Below the pieces are notes generated by a model that worked only from the letters and a program-made list of their open reading frames with translations, did no database searches and was not told where the DNA came from. A stretch of 48,990 nucleotides of DNA from a bacterium (GTDB taxonomy: Bacteria; Patescibacteriota; Minisyncoccia; Phycocordibacterales; CAIZIN01). A program made the position numbers and the translations under genes. Within the stretch, counting starts at the first letter, position 1. Each line of letters begins with the position of its first letter. Location: NCBI GenBank assembly GCA_037131675.1, contig JBAXQO010000004.1:1-48990 (forward strand), in the 5' to 3' direction. Shown here one piece after another: positions 37,187 to 47,254 of this stretch.

Positions 37187-38920
37187 ATGAAGATTATCAA
37201 ATTTCAATCAAGAGGTTATGTAAAACATATTGCAGTTTCTCTTATTGCGATTCTGTTGCTTACAGTTTCTATTTTTATAGAGACTAATGTTCCTACTGTA
37301 CAGGCTCAATATGATGATTCTAGTTATGGTGATTCGTACGATAGTTACGATTATTCAGACAATAACAACTCCAACACTAGCGATTCTTGGTCATACGATA
37401 ATAGTAATTCAAATACGAGCAACTCTTCCTATGATAGTTCTGAGAATACCTATAGCGATAGCCCCAATGATGTTTCTAATCAAGAAGCTGACTATTCCAA
37501 CAATGGTGGGGGTTATGGTTATGAGGGTACTTCTTACGACAGTTCAACTGACTTAAATAGTGAGGATAATATTTCCAACGGCAGTTTGGAAAACGGTACC
37601 TCTGATGACAATTCTATCCAAGAAGCTGATTACCGTGATGATTATGGTTATGGAGGTACTTCCAACAACAGTTCTGATGTTACTGCTAATGAATCTAGTG
37701 AAGAAACTGACAACCCCAACAGCAATGCGGATTATGGTTACGGTAATAATCCCTATGACAGCTCAACTGACTCAAATAGTGTAGATAATATTTCTAACAG
37801 CAGTTTGGAAAACAGTACCTCTAATGACAGTCCAAATGACAATTCAGATTATTATAACTATGATGCTGCTTATGGTGATATTAATACTGATAAAAAAACT
37901 TCTGATGGTATTGTTGGTGGTTCTTCCTCAGAAAATTCTACATCTGATTCCTCAGGTTTAAGTCTTGAAAAAAACATAGAAATTGCAGATAAGCTTGGAT
38001 TATCATCTTTCAATATAAAAGAAATTGCAGCACAGAAGGTAAGTTTGGATGGGGTAATTACAGATGCTAAGTATTCCTCAGGTGAAATTCCCCACTTGGA
38101 TAGTGGACAAGTTTTATTAGATGGAGATATAGACTCGAATAATAAACGTACGTTTTATATAGCTAATGAAAATCAGTTGCCCGAAAATTACATACTTACT
38201 GGAGTTGCTGAAATAAATACAAGAAAAAACTTTGTTAGTTCTATATTTAATGAAGGTACTTATGTTCCAGTATATGCAGTTCAAACAAAAGAAGAGGCTA
38301 TAGCTGGTGATAACAAGAGTGATGCAAATGGAAAATTTTTGCTAACTGGTAATACAATGGGTGTATATAATAGCCTAACGAATAGTACAAATAATATAGT
38401 TGAAGCTGGCTTAGAAGTCAGTGATCCTCGTGTTCCAAGAGAAATAAAAACCATCGCTGATTATAATAGTAACTCTAAAGAAACACTAGCCAGTTTTATT
38501 GATTATGGACAGAGACTTGAATCTTCAGGTACATTGTCCCAAGAACAGAAAGAACAACAGGCTTACGAATATGTAAATGAAAAAATCCAATGGGAAAACC
38601 CAAATGCTGCAAATGATGCAAATTATCCAATGTCACATACATTGGAACAAGCTGTGCAATGTGGTCATGGGGTCTGTAGGGATAAAGCCCCAGCTCTTGT
38701 AGAAACTCTTAATGCTGCAGGTGTTCCAGCAAGACAGGTTGTTTCTGATAGTCATACTTTTGTAGCAGTTTTAAATGGTGAAGGAGGAGTTGATCATTAC
38801 TTGGATCCGATGCATTACGAGACATATTTGCCAGTATCAAGACCTAGTGTGAAGCCAAATCAAATTTTACCTCTCTCAATATCTTCTCCGGCTACAAAAT
38901 CTACCTCAAAGAAGAAATAA
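37187..38920 (+). CDS. Secreted S/D/N/Y-repeat protein with C-terminal transglutaminase-like domain
   Basis: Signal-like N-terminus ending VQA; repeat-rich region; candidate Cys-His-Asp triad GVCRDKA / DSHTFVAV / YLDP. Confidence 0.75.
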   Translation: MKIIKFQSRGYVKHIAVSLIAILLLTVSIFIETNVPTVQAQYDDSSYGDSYDSYDYSDNNNSNTSDSWSYDNSNSNTSNSSYDSSENTYSDSPNDVSNQEADYSNNGGGYGYEGTSYDSSTDLNSEDNISNGSLENGTSDDNSIQEADYRDDYGYGGTSNNSSDVTANESSEETDNPNSNADYGYGNNPYDSSTDSNSVDNISNSSLENSTSNDSPNDNSDYYNYDAAYGDINTDKKTSDGIVGGSSSENSTSDSSGLSLEKNIEIADKLGLSSFNIKEIAAQKVSLDGVITDAKYSSGEIPHLDSGQVLLDGDIDSNNKRTFYIANENQLPENYILTGVAEINTRKNFVSSIFNEGTYVPVYAVQTKEEAIAGDNKSDANGKFLLTGNTMGVYNSLTNSTNNIVEAGLEVSDPRVPREIKTIADYNSNSKETLASFIDYGQRLESSGTLSQEQKEQQAYEYVNEKIQWENPNAANDANYPMSHTLEQAVQCGHGVCRDKAPALVETLNAAGVPARQVVSDSHTFVAVLNGEGGVDHYLDPMHYETYLPVSRPSVKPNQILPLSISSPATKSTSKKK

Positions 38921-38924
38921 AATA

Positions 38925-38956
38925 AAAAGCCGAGGATCTTGCGATCTTCGGCTTTT
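38925..38956. terminator. Bidirectional intrinsic terminator
   Basis: AAAAGCCGAGGATC-ttgc-GATCTTCGGCTTTT between convergent genes. Confidence 0.8.
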
Positions 38957-38966
38957 GGGTTATGAA

Positions 38967-39377
38967 TTACATTGGGAAATTTGTCACACTTCTGAGTTTG
39001 TCACTCAATCTTTGTAGCTCCTTATCCGGAACTTCTTTTTTTGCCATCCTTTTTCGGTTTCCTTGAGAACGTTTTTCTGTGGAGTATCTCTGTTTTCTTA
39101 ACGCCTTTAAGGATAAACCAATTTCTTTGAATTCTTTCTCAATATGAGCCTGTTGCATTTCTGTGAAACGCGGTCCTTTGTAATTGAGATGTTTGGTGTT
39201 GCTGTAAGCTAGAGTTACCGCCGAAAAATTAGCCCAAAAAAGACCGAACTTTGTGTCTTCATAGAACTCCACCTCATCGGTAGGTTCATCGGGCTTAAAT
39301 GCAAGAGCTTCTTCTATTGCCTTTTGCAATAGCTCAGATGCAGTTTTTGTTTCAGGTTCGCAGAGGAGATTTGTCAT
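38967..39377 (-). CDS. Hypothetical protein (136 aa, basic C-terminus)
   Basis: Open frame preceded by an AGGAAGG SD-like sequence; no family recognised. Confidence 0.7.
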   Translation of the reverse strand: MTNLLCEPETKTASELLQKAIEEALAFKPDEPTDEVEFYEDTKFGLFWANFSAVTLAYSNTKHLNYKGPRFTEMQQAHIEKEFKEIGLSLKALRKQRYSTEKRSQGNRKRMAKKEVPDKELQRLSDKLRSVTNFPM

Positions 39378-39508
39378 AAGGATTCCTTCCTAAAAACAAA
39401 CAGGGTTTAATTGCGGGGTTAGGGTGAGAGTATGCATTTTCCAATGTGCACAATCTGGTAAAAAATAGTACCACAAATTTTAAATAAAACAAGTTTAAAT
39501 TTAATTCT

Positions 39509-39764
<256 letters not shown>

Positions 39765-39828
39765 AACTATTTTATTGCTTGATATGTGGATAAAATATAT
39801 AACAAGCGCTGTGCTATAATATATCCAC

Positions 39829-40314
39829 TTGAAAACTAATTCAACTATAAAATTAGCGTTTTCTTTTGGAAAGATAATATTTACCATTATACTTTTAATT
39901 ATTATAGGAATTTCTTGGTGGAATGTTTATGTATACGTAACATATTTTCAATATCAGAAAAATGTTTTAGCGGTAAGGGGTTCGGTACTCGGGGCGTATG
40001 TTGTGGATACAGAAGAACAAAGAATGCAAGGTTTGAGCGAAAAAGGTTTCTTGCCTTCTGGTATGAGCATGCTGTTTGTGTTTGATAAGCCAGATACATA
40101 TGGAATATGGATGAAGGACATGAATTTTCCACTAGATATAGTATGGCTTGATAAAGATAAAAAAATAATTTACACACTTTCTCATGTGGACCCTTCCACA
40201 TATCCTCACGTTTTCTATCCTCCTACTGAGGCATTATATGTATTAGAGGTTCGCTCTGGCTTCTTGGAGAATCAAGGAATAAAAGTTGGTGACATGTTCT
40301 ATTTTGAGGATTAA
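39829..40314 (+). CDS. DUF192-family protein
   Basis: RMQGLS...MLFVF...IWMKDMNFPLDIVWLD...YVLEV.SG. Confidence 0.88.
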   Translation: MKTNSTIKLAFSFGKIIFTIILLIIIGISWWNVYVYVTYFQYQKNVLAVRGSVLGAYVVDTEEQRMQGLSEKGFLPSGMSMLFVFDKPDTYGIWMKDMNFPLDIVWLDKDKKIIYTLSHVDPSTYPHVFYPPTEALYVLEVRSGFLENQGIKVGDMFYFED

Positions 40315-40381
40315 AATAGGTTATAGACACTCACTTTTTCATGAAGGTCCTTTACAGGGCCGCTTGGGTGTTTTTGAACAC

Positions 40382-40390
40382 TTATCCACA
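40382..40390 (+). promoter_or_regulatory. Perfect DnaA box upstream of nrdJ
   Basis: TTATCCACA 72 nt before the ATG; a second perfect box (TGTGGATAA) at 39785-39793. Confidence 0.5.
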
Positions 40391-40461
40391 CGTGGGCTAT
40401 CCTTTTTTAGGAGTACAATAAATGAACAAAAATTTTAACAGCGGTTAACTACATCATACGT

Positions 40462-42765
40462 ATGGGAGATAAGAACAAAAAGAAAGTTTCAGTCGAGATT
40501 AATCAGATTCAAAAGCGAGACGGTAATATTGTACCGTTTGAGTTTGAAAAAATTGTACGTGCAATCAATAAATCGATGATTGCTTCAGATGAGGGCTCTC
40601 CAAAAGAGGCTGAGATGGTGGCGCGTAAAGTGGAGGCTGAACTTATACGTACAAAAAGGAAACATAAGAACTTCATACCAACAGTTGAAGGTATTCAGGA
40701 TGATGTAGAACGGGAACTTATTTTGAGTGAGTATGTAAAAACTGCTAAATCTTATATTATCTACCGTGAAGAGCGTTCAAAGCTCCGTGCAAAAGGCTTT
40801 CAAGTGCCTGAAAAAGTAAAGCTCCTTGCCGCTGAAAGTAAAAAAGCTTTTAAAAACCCACTTGGCGAATTCGTTTACTATCGAACCTACTCTCGTTGGA
40901 TAGAAGAAGAGGGCCGTCGTGAGACATGGACTGAGACAGTCGACCGATACATGTCTTTCATGAAAGAAAACTTAGGCAACAAGCTTAAGCCTGCTGAATA
41001 CAAAGAAGTTCGTGATGCTATCTTTTGTCACGAGGCAATGCCTTCAATGCGCTTGTTACAGTTTGCTGGTCCTGCCGCTCGCCGCAATCATGCGTGTGCA
41101 TATAACTGTTCCTTCAGTGCTCCTCAATCATTTCAGGATTTTGCAGAAATTATGTTTCTTTCAATGTCTGGTTGTGGTGTTGGTTTTTCTGCAGAAAGTT
41201 ACAGTGCTCAATCTCTTCCACAGATTAAATATCAAACAGGTAAGAAAATTAAATATGTAATTGAAGATAGTCGTGAGGGTTGGTCAGACTCATTTACTTT
41301 CGGTATGAAAAATTGGTTTGAAGGAAATGAGGTTGAGTTTGATTATTCAAAACTCCGACCAGCAGGTGCACGTTTGAAAACAACTGGTGGTAAAAGTTCT
41401 GGTCCTGACCCACTTAGACAAATTCATGACTTTACTCGAAGTAGAATTTTGGCACGACAAGGTGGACACCTTACTAACTTAGATGTTCACGATATTGTAT
41501 GCCAAATAGGAATGGGTGTTGTTTCTGGTGGAGTACGAAGAACGGCTCTTATTTCACTTTCTGATTTGAATGACAGTGATATTCGTGACGCAAAGAAAGG
41601 CCAGTTCTGGATGAGTGAACCTCAGCGATCTTTGGCAAACAACTCCGCTGTATATAACAACAAACCAACAAACGAAGAATTTTTGAAAGAATGGTTGGCA
41701 CTTATACAGAGTAAGGCGGGTGAGCGAGGTATCTTCAACCGAGGTGGTCTACAAAAAACTTTCCCTGAGAGTCGCGCAAAAATTTCAGAAGGATGGTGGG
41801 ACAAGTTTGGTGCAAACCCTTGTGGAGAAATAATTTTGCGTCCAAAACAGTTTTGTAATCTTACAGAGGTAGTTGCTCGCCATGAAGACAAAGAGGCAGA
41901 TTTATTACGAAAAATTCGTGTAGCAACAATCCTTGGAACATATCAGGCGTCATTTACAAACTTTGTATATCTTTCTCCTGAATGGAAAAAGAACTGTCAG
42001 GAAGAAGCCCTTCTCGGTGTGTCTATTACTGGTATGTGGGATTGTCCCGTGGTGCGTAAACCAGAAGTTTTGAGAAAACTTCGAGAGGAAACTGTAAAAG
42101 TAAATAAAATATATGCAAAGCGATTCGGCATTAATGCTTCCGCCGCAATCACGACAGTAAAACCTTCGGGGAACTTGTCACAGACAGTAGACTGTTCTTC
42201 TGGTATGCATCCTCGACACTCACAATACTATATTCGCCGAGTAAGAATTTCAGCAACTGACTCACTATTCAAAATGTTGAAAGATCAAGGTGTGGTGTAT
42301 CATCCAGAGGTTGGTCAGACAATGGAAAATGCGACAACTTATGTTATTGATTTTCCTGTAAAAGCTCCAAAGGATTCAATATTCAAAAATGACATGTCTG
42401 CAATTGAACAGCTTGAATTCTGGAAGACAGTAAAGGTAAACTATACTCACCATAATCCTTCAGTAACAATTTCAATAGGTGATGATGAATGGGTTGAGGT
42501 GGCAAGTTGGTTGTACAAAAACTGGGATTTGATAGGTGGACTCTCATTCCTTCCAAGAGACAACCATGTTTACCAGCTCGCTCCTTATGAAGAGATAGAC
42601 GAGAAGAAATATAACGAACTTATGAAGCGTTACACAAATATAGATTTTTCTAAAGTTGTTATATATGAGAAGGTGGACACAACTGATGTCAAAAAAGAAT
42701 TGGCATGTGCAGGTGGTGTGTGTTCAATAGACGATATTGTGGTGACGGCAGAGACAACAAAATAG
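40462..42765 (+). CDS. nrdJ: Class II (adenosylcobalamin-dependent) ribonucleotide reductase with N-terminal ATP cone
   Basis: IQKRDG...FEFEKI ATP cone; YNCSF, ANPCGE, TVKPSG, C-terminal CAGGVC; no small-subunit gene nearby. Confidence 0.93.
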   Translation: MGDKNKKKVSVEINQIQKRDGNIVPFEFEKIVRAINKSMIASDEGSPKEAEMVARKVEAELIRTKRKHKNFIPTVEGIQDDVERELILSEYVKTAKSYIIYREERSKLRAKGFQVPEKVKLLAAESKKAFKNPLGEFVYYRTYSRWIEEEGRRETWTETVDRYMSFMKENLGNKLKPAEYKEVRDAIFCHEAMPSMRLLQFAGPAARRNHACAYNCSFSAPQSFQDFAEIMFLSMSGCGVGFSAESYSAQSLPQIKYQTGKKIKYVIEDSREGWSDSFTFGMKNWFEGNEVEFDYSKLRPAGARLKTTGGKSSGPDPLRQIHDFTRSRILARQGGHLTNLDVHDIVCQIGMGVVSGGVRRTALISLSDLNDSDIRDAKKGQFWMSEPQRSLANNSAVYNNKPTNEEFLKEWLALIQSKAGERGIFNRGGLQKTFPESRAKISEGWWDKFGANPCGEIILRPKQFCNLTEVVARHEDKEADLLRKIRVATILGTYQASFTNFVYLSPEWKKNCQEEALLGVSITGMWDCPVVRKPEVLRKLREETVKVNKIYAKRFGINASAAITTVKPSGNLSQTVDCSSGMHPRHSQYYIRRVRISATDSLFKMLKDQGVVYHPEVGQTMENATTYVIDFPVKAPKDSIFKNDMSAIEQLEFWKTVKVNYTHHNPSVTISIGDDEWVEVASWLYKNWDLIGGLSFLPRDNHVYQLAPYEEIDEKKYNELMKRYTNIDFSKVVIYEKVDTTDVKKELACAGGVCSIDDIVVTAETTK

Positions 42766-42790
42766 CTCTAAATTTAGTTGTTAGTTTTTT

Positions 42791-42821
42791 AAGAAAACCC
42801 TTATGTCATAAGGGTTTTCTT
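42791..42821 (+). terminator. Intrinsic terminator after nrdJ
   Basis: AAGAAAACCCTTAT-gtc-ATAAGGGTTTTCTT. Confidence 0.75.
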
Positions 42822-42861
42822 ATTGTGGACTTTTTGATTAAAACGTGATATAATTAGGGGC

Positions 42862-43192
42862 GAGTCATGTCAGACAATCGCTCTGCGAAAGCAGGGAGGA
42901 AAGTCCGAACACGAACTTTTCGCAAGAAAAGTAGCAGGGTAGCGGGTAACACCCGTCGCGTCCATTGGATAAGTGGCGAGAGGTGCGAGCAGTGACGTCT
43001 AAGCCGAAAGGCGAAGAATTCCTTCGGGAATAATTTTGTGGAAACGCAAAAGTGAAACGGCCAAATCCTTACCTTCGTGCAAGGCCGTGTCCGTCTTTGA
43101 CGGAAGTGCCGCTTGAGGGTGGTGGCAACACTACTCCCAGATAAATGATTGTCTCCAGCAATGGAACAGAATTCGGCTTATCGACATGGTTT
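42862..43192 (+). ncRNA. rnpB: RNase P RNA
   Basis: GAGGAAAGTCC near the 5' end and AACAGAATTCGGCTTA near the 3' end; P1 GAGTCATGTC/GACATGGTTT; extended -10 TGATATAAT at 42846-42854. Confidence 0.95.
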
Positions 43193-43204
43193 ATTCACAT
43201 GATT

Positions 43205-43375
43205 ACACCCCGCACAACTTACGTTGTGCGGGGTGTGTCGCGTTCATTTTTTTGAAACTCTTTCTCGATGAAAGTTTCTCCGAGCACGAAAATTTTTTGC
43301 TAAAAATTTTCTCTGTACAGCGCCGTCGCACTTCCCAAGGCTCGGTTAAACTTCCACACTCGACGAGTTTCAAAA
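43205..43375. repeat. Perfect hairpin plus nested palindromic element with AGCA-loop hairpin after rnpB
   Basis: 14-bp perfect stem 43205-43236; nested TTTTGAAACTC/GAGTTTCAAAA (43250/43375), CCGAGC/GCTCGG, and a 10-bp stem 43288-43311 whose loop reads AGCA on the - strand. Confidence 0.7.
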
Positions 43376-43418
43376 GATTTCTCTGTTTTTGAAAATGGAA
43401 GTATAATGAATCGGATTT

Positions 43419-45098
43419 ATGATGCAAAGAATATTTTCTTACTTAAACAAAGAGATTAAGGGTCTACATGAGGCTGCATATTTTCTTGCAATCTTTACAT
43501 TTCTCTCCCAAGTACTCGGCCTTGTTCGTGATAAACTTTTAGCACACTTCTTTGGTGCAAGTGCAATGCTTGATGTTTATTATGCATCATTTAGAATTCC
43601 AGATTTAATTTTTGTCACCATATCTTCGCTCGTTGCAGTTTCGGCGCTCATTCCTTTTGTTGTTCGTGAAAATAAAAAAGGAAAAGAAAAAGAAGAACAT
43701 TTCATAAATAGTGTCTTTACAGTTTTTTCTTTTTCAATGGTACTTGTGATTGGTTTGGTGGCTATTTTTGTTCCAGTCCTATTAAAGTTTCTTGTTCCAG
43801 GAATTTACAATGGTACATATCAGTCAACCTTGATATTAATGACAAGGATTTTACTTCTATCACCTTTGCTTTTAGGGGTTTCTAACTTGCTTTCAAGTGT
43901 AAATCAATCCAGGAAAATATTTATTGTAAGTGCGATAAGTCCATTGCTTTATAATCTTGCAATTATATTTGGGATTGTTTTTCTGTATCCAAAGTATGGT
44001 CTAATTGGGCTAGTCATTGGTGTTATCTTCGGTTCTCTCCTCCATGTAATAATTCAAATACCTTCGATTGCTGTTTGTGGTATTAAGCTTTCGTTAACAA
44101 GAAATATAGACTGGAAAAGTGTTCGAGAAGTTATTACACTTTCTATTCCTAGAACATTTACATTGGCAGGGAATCAACTCTCAATGACCTCACTATTCTA
44201 CCTAGCTTCATTTATGACCGCGGGATCTATTTCTGTTCTGGCCCTTTCATATAATCTTCAATCTGTTCCGCTTGCTATTATCGGTCTTAGTTATTCATCG
44301 GCAGCATTTCCAACTCTTGCAAAACTATATTCAGAAGGAAAGAAGTCTGAATTTATCAGTCATGTCGTATCCGCAGCTCGACATATTATTTTCTGGTCTA
44401 TTCCTGTCGCTATTCTTTTTGTTGTTCTTCGTGCGCAGATTGTTCGTGTAATATTTGGCTCTGGTAATTTCAATTGGGACAACACACGTCTTACCGCGGC
44501 TTCACTTGCACTCTTTTCTCTTTCAGTCACAGCTCAAAGCCTAGAACTCCTTTTTGTAAGAGGTTTTTATTCTGCTGGTATGACAAAAAAACCTCTTGTT
44601 ATAAGTACGATTACGTCTGTGTTAGCTTTCGTATTTGCAATAGGGGGAGTGTTGATATTTAATTCGTTTTCTACTTTTAGAAGCATATTTGAAAGTATCT
44701 TCCGTGTAAGTGGAGTGCCCGGAACTGTCGCCTTAATGCTTCCTTTGGCTTTTACTCTAGCTGCACTTATAAATATAGTTTGGTTGTGGAGATTGTTCGA
44801 AAAAGATTTTTCTGGTTTTGGAAAAACTCTCCTACGAACTTTGTTTGATTCACTCGTCTCTTCATTGGTTATGGGTTATGTTGCATATATAAGTTTGGAT
44901 TTCTTTGGAAAGTTTTTGAAGCTTTCTACATTGTCTGGAATATTTTTGCAGGGTTTTATCTCTGGTATCTTAGGAATAATTGCAGGCACTTCAGTTTTAT
45001 TCTTTTTAAAGAATGCTGAAATTAAAGAAATAGCCAAAGCCCTTCATCATAAGATTTTGGGTACAAAAACCGTCGTACCAGAACAATCAGGTCTTTAA
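43419..45098 (+). CDS. murJ: Lipid II flippase MurJ/MviN
   Basis: SQVLGLVRD...FG, ASFRIPDL, SPLLYNLAII, LVRGFYS-like motif; about 14 TM segments. Confidence 0.92.
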   Translation: MMQRIFSYLNKEIKGLHEAAYFLAIFTFLSQVLGLVRDKLLAHFFGASAMLDVYYASFRIPDLIFVTISSLVAVSALIPFVVRENKKGKEKEEHFINSVFTVFSFSMVLVIGLVAIFVPVLLKFLVPGIYNGTYQSTLILMTRILLLSPLLLGVSNLLSSVNQSRKIFIVSAISPLLYNLAIIFGIVFLYPKYGLIGLVIGVIFGSLLHVIIQIPSIAVCGIKLSLTRNIDWKSVREVITLSIPRTFTLAGNQLSMTSLFYLASFMTAGSISVLALSYNLQSVPLAIIGLSYSSAAFPTLAKLYSEGKKSEFISHVVSAARHIIFWSIPVAILFVVLRAQIVRVIFGSGNFNWDNTRLTAASLALFSLSVTAQSLELLFVRGFYSAGMTKKPLVISTITSVLAFVFAIGGVLIFNSFSTFRSIFESIFRVSGVPGTVALMLPLAFTLAALINIVWLWRLFEKDFSGFGKTLLRTLFDSLVSSLVMGYVAYISLDFFGKFLKLSTLSGIFLQGFISGILGIIAGTSVLFFLKNAEIKEIAKALHHKILGTKTVVPEQSGL

Positions 45099-45147
45099 TA
45101 TTGAATCCCTCAACAAAAGGGCTTATTTCTGCTAATATGAGCCACAC

Positions 45148-46947
45148 ATGCAACATATTAGAAACTTTAGCATCATAGCTCACATTGATCACGGCAAGTC
45201 TACTCTTGCCGATCGTATGCTTGAAATCACACATACAGTAGAAGCACGAAAAATGCACGACCGAGTTCTTGATGATATGGAACTAGAAAAGGAGCGCGGT
45301 ATTACTATAAAAATGCGACCAGTGCGAATGGAATATAAAAATCCAAAAGACGGTCAAAATTACGTTTTAAACCTGATTGATACTCCTGGGCACATTGATT
45401 TCTACTACGAGGTATCGCGTGCACTAAAGGCTGTAGAGGGCTCTATTTTGCTAGTAGATGCTACTCAAGGTGTGCAGGCACAAACACTCACTACGCTTGC
45501 AATGGCACGCGAGACCGGTCTTGTAATAATTCCCGTTATCACAAAAATTGATTCACCGCTTTCTAGGGTGGATGAAGTGAAGTATGAAATGATAAGACTC
45601 CTTGATTGTAAGGAAGAGGACATTGTTTGTGTTTCAGGAAGAACAGGTGAGGGAGTAGATGAGCTTCTCCAGGAAGTGATTCGTCGGGTTCCTTCTCCTA
45701 AAACAACACACTCGGGACCAAAAGATATTCGTGCTCTTATTTTTGATTTTCAATATTCAACACATACTGGAGTAATTGTTTTCGTGCGACTTCTTGATGG
45801 AAAAATAAAGAAAAATGATCCTCTTTTGTTTAAAATTGCTAATGAGAAATTTAGCGCTCTTGAAGTTGGAACGTTTAATCCGCAAGAAACTCCAAAAGAT
45901 GAACTCTCAGCTGGGGAAATTGGCTACATTGTGACAGGTATAAAACGCCCAGGCATTGCCTCTGTGGGAGACACTATCACACATTCAACACACCCACTTC
46001 CAGAACTTCATGGATATATGACACCGAAGCCTGTAGTGTGGGCTTCTATATATTCTGAAAGTCAGGATGATTTTAATAATCTTCGCCAAGCGCTTGAACG
46101 TTTGAGACTTTCTGACTCATCATATGCTTTTGAAGAGGAATCCTCAGGAACTCTTGGGCGTGGATTTAGGTGTGGTTTTCTAGGAATGCTTCACTTGGAA
46201 ATTATTACTGAAAGACTTCGACGAGAATTTAACTTAGAGCTAATTGTTACAACGCCAAGCATTACCTATATTGTTACAAATAAACAAGGGAAAAAAGAAA
46301 TTATATATTCTCCTTCAAAATTTCCAGAGTATGGTGAGGTGGCTGAGGTGGAAGAACCATGGGTTAGTATGACCATTATTACTCCTCCGGCATATATTTC
46401 TCCAATAATGCAGACTCTTTTTGATCACGAAGCAGAAATTGGAGATTCTGAAAACTTTGGTGATGATAGAGCCTCAATCAAAGTTATGATGCCTCTACGT
46501 GAATTAATGAGGAACTTTTTTGATGAAATAAAAAGTGTTACTTCTGGCTACGCTTCGCTTTCCTACGAGATAGGGGAATTCAGAAAGGCAGACGTATGCA
46601 GATTGGATATTTTGATAAACGGTGAACCAATGCTTGCCTTTACGAGAATTGTTTCGAAACGTCGAGTTGTGGAAGATGCTCGTAAGGCGGCAGAAAAACT
46701 TCAGAAAGTTATGCCTCAACAAATGATTATTGTTAAAATTCAAGCGCAGGCATTAGGAAAAATTATCGCTTCTGAAACGCTTTCAGCCTTAAGAAAGGAT
46801 GTTACTCAACATATGTACGGTGGAGACATTACCCGAAAAATGAAGCTTCGTGAAAAGCAGAAAAAAGGGAAGAAAAAGATGCAGGAAATGGGTGCTGTAA
46901 ATATTCCTCATGAAGTATTTTTGAAGATGGTGAAAGGAGGGGAGTAA
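45148..46947 (+). CDS. lepA: Elongation factor 4 (LepA)
   Basis: IRNFSIIAHIDHGKSTLADR, GFRCGFLGMLH, YGGDITRKMKLREKQKKGKK. Confidence 0.98.
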   Translation: MQHIRNFSIIAHIDHGKSTLADRMLEITHTVEARKMHDRVLDDMELEKERGITIKMRPVRMEYKNPKDGQNYVLNLIDTPGHIDFYYEVSRALKAVEGSILLVDATQGVQAQTLTTLAMARETGLVIIPVITKIDSPLSRVDEVKYEMIRLLDCKEEDIVCVSGRTGEGVDELLQEVIRRVPSPKTTHSGPKDIRALIFDFQYSTHTGVIVFVRLLDGKIKKNDPLLFKIANEKFSALEVGTFNPQETPKDELSAGEIGYIVTGIKRPGIASVGDTITHSTHPLPELHGYMTPKPVVWASIYSESQDDFNNLRQALERLRLSDSSYAFEEESSGTLGRGFRCGFLGMLHLEIITERLRREFNLELIVTTPSITYIVTNKQGKKEIIYSPSKFPEYGEVAEVEEPWVSMTIITPPAYISPIMQTLFDHEAEIGDSENFGDDRASIKVMMPLRELMRNFFDEIKSVTSGYASLSYEIGEFRKADVCRLDILINGEPMLAFTRIVSKRRVVEDARKAAEKLQKVMPQQMIIVKIQAQALGKIIASETLSALRKDVTQHMYGGDITRKMKLREKQKKGKKKMQEMGAVNIPHEVFLKMVKGGE

Positions 46948-46990
46948 AAAAAGAGTGTTTTTACTTAGTTTTCATTTGGGTATTATTCAA

Positions 46991-47038
46991 GAAAATTCCC
47001 CGAGTTTTGGCAAAGCCCAAACTCGGGGAATTCATTTC
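46991..47038. terminator. Long hairpin, probable bidirectional terminator
   Basis: AATTCCCCGAGTTT/AAACTCGGGGAATT 14-bp stem between lepA and a convergent small ORF. Confidence 0.65.
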
Positions 47039-47059
47039 TTAATTATCTTTAAATCTTCA

Positions 47060-47170
47060 CTATCTCCACAGAGCTGGGAAATAAAGCAGTATCATGCTTA
47101 ATATAATGATTACACAAAAGACTGCGAATGTTCGGCGGATTATTTTTTTGTTTTGCTGTTTGAATAACAT
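47060..47170 (-). CDS. Small single-pass membrane protein (36 aa, not in ORF track)
   Basis: MLFKQQNKKIIRRTFAVFCVIIILSMILLYFPALWR; ATG 47170 to TAG 47060; basic N-terminus followed by a ~20-aa hydrophobic stretch. Confidence 0.6.
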   Translation of the reverse strand: MLFKQQNKKIIRRTFAVFCVIIILSMILLYFPALWR

Positions 47171-47254
47171 GATAAGAACACTATACCATAAATTAATCCT
47201 AATTCCAGTTGTTGAAAAGAGTCATTTTTAAATACTTTTGATATAATAAAAAAT

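Noticed and set aside
37300-37870. Possible CRISPR or tandem DNA array
   Set aside because: The repeats are degenerate, in frame and inside a CDS, with no constant repeat-spacer period and no cas genes.
40315-40461. Cobalamin riboswitch or NrdR box upstream of nrdJ
   Set aside because: No B12-box or convincing NrdR palindrome is visible.
43186-43427. Short ORFs over the post-rnpB palindromes
   Set aside because: They coincide with nested inverted repeats, with no start context or family signal.
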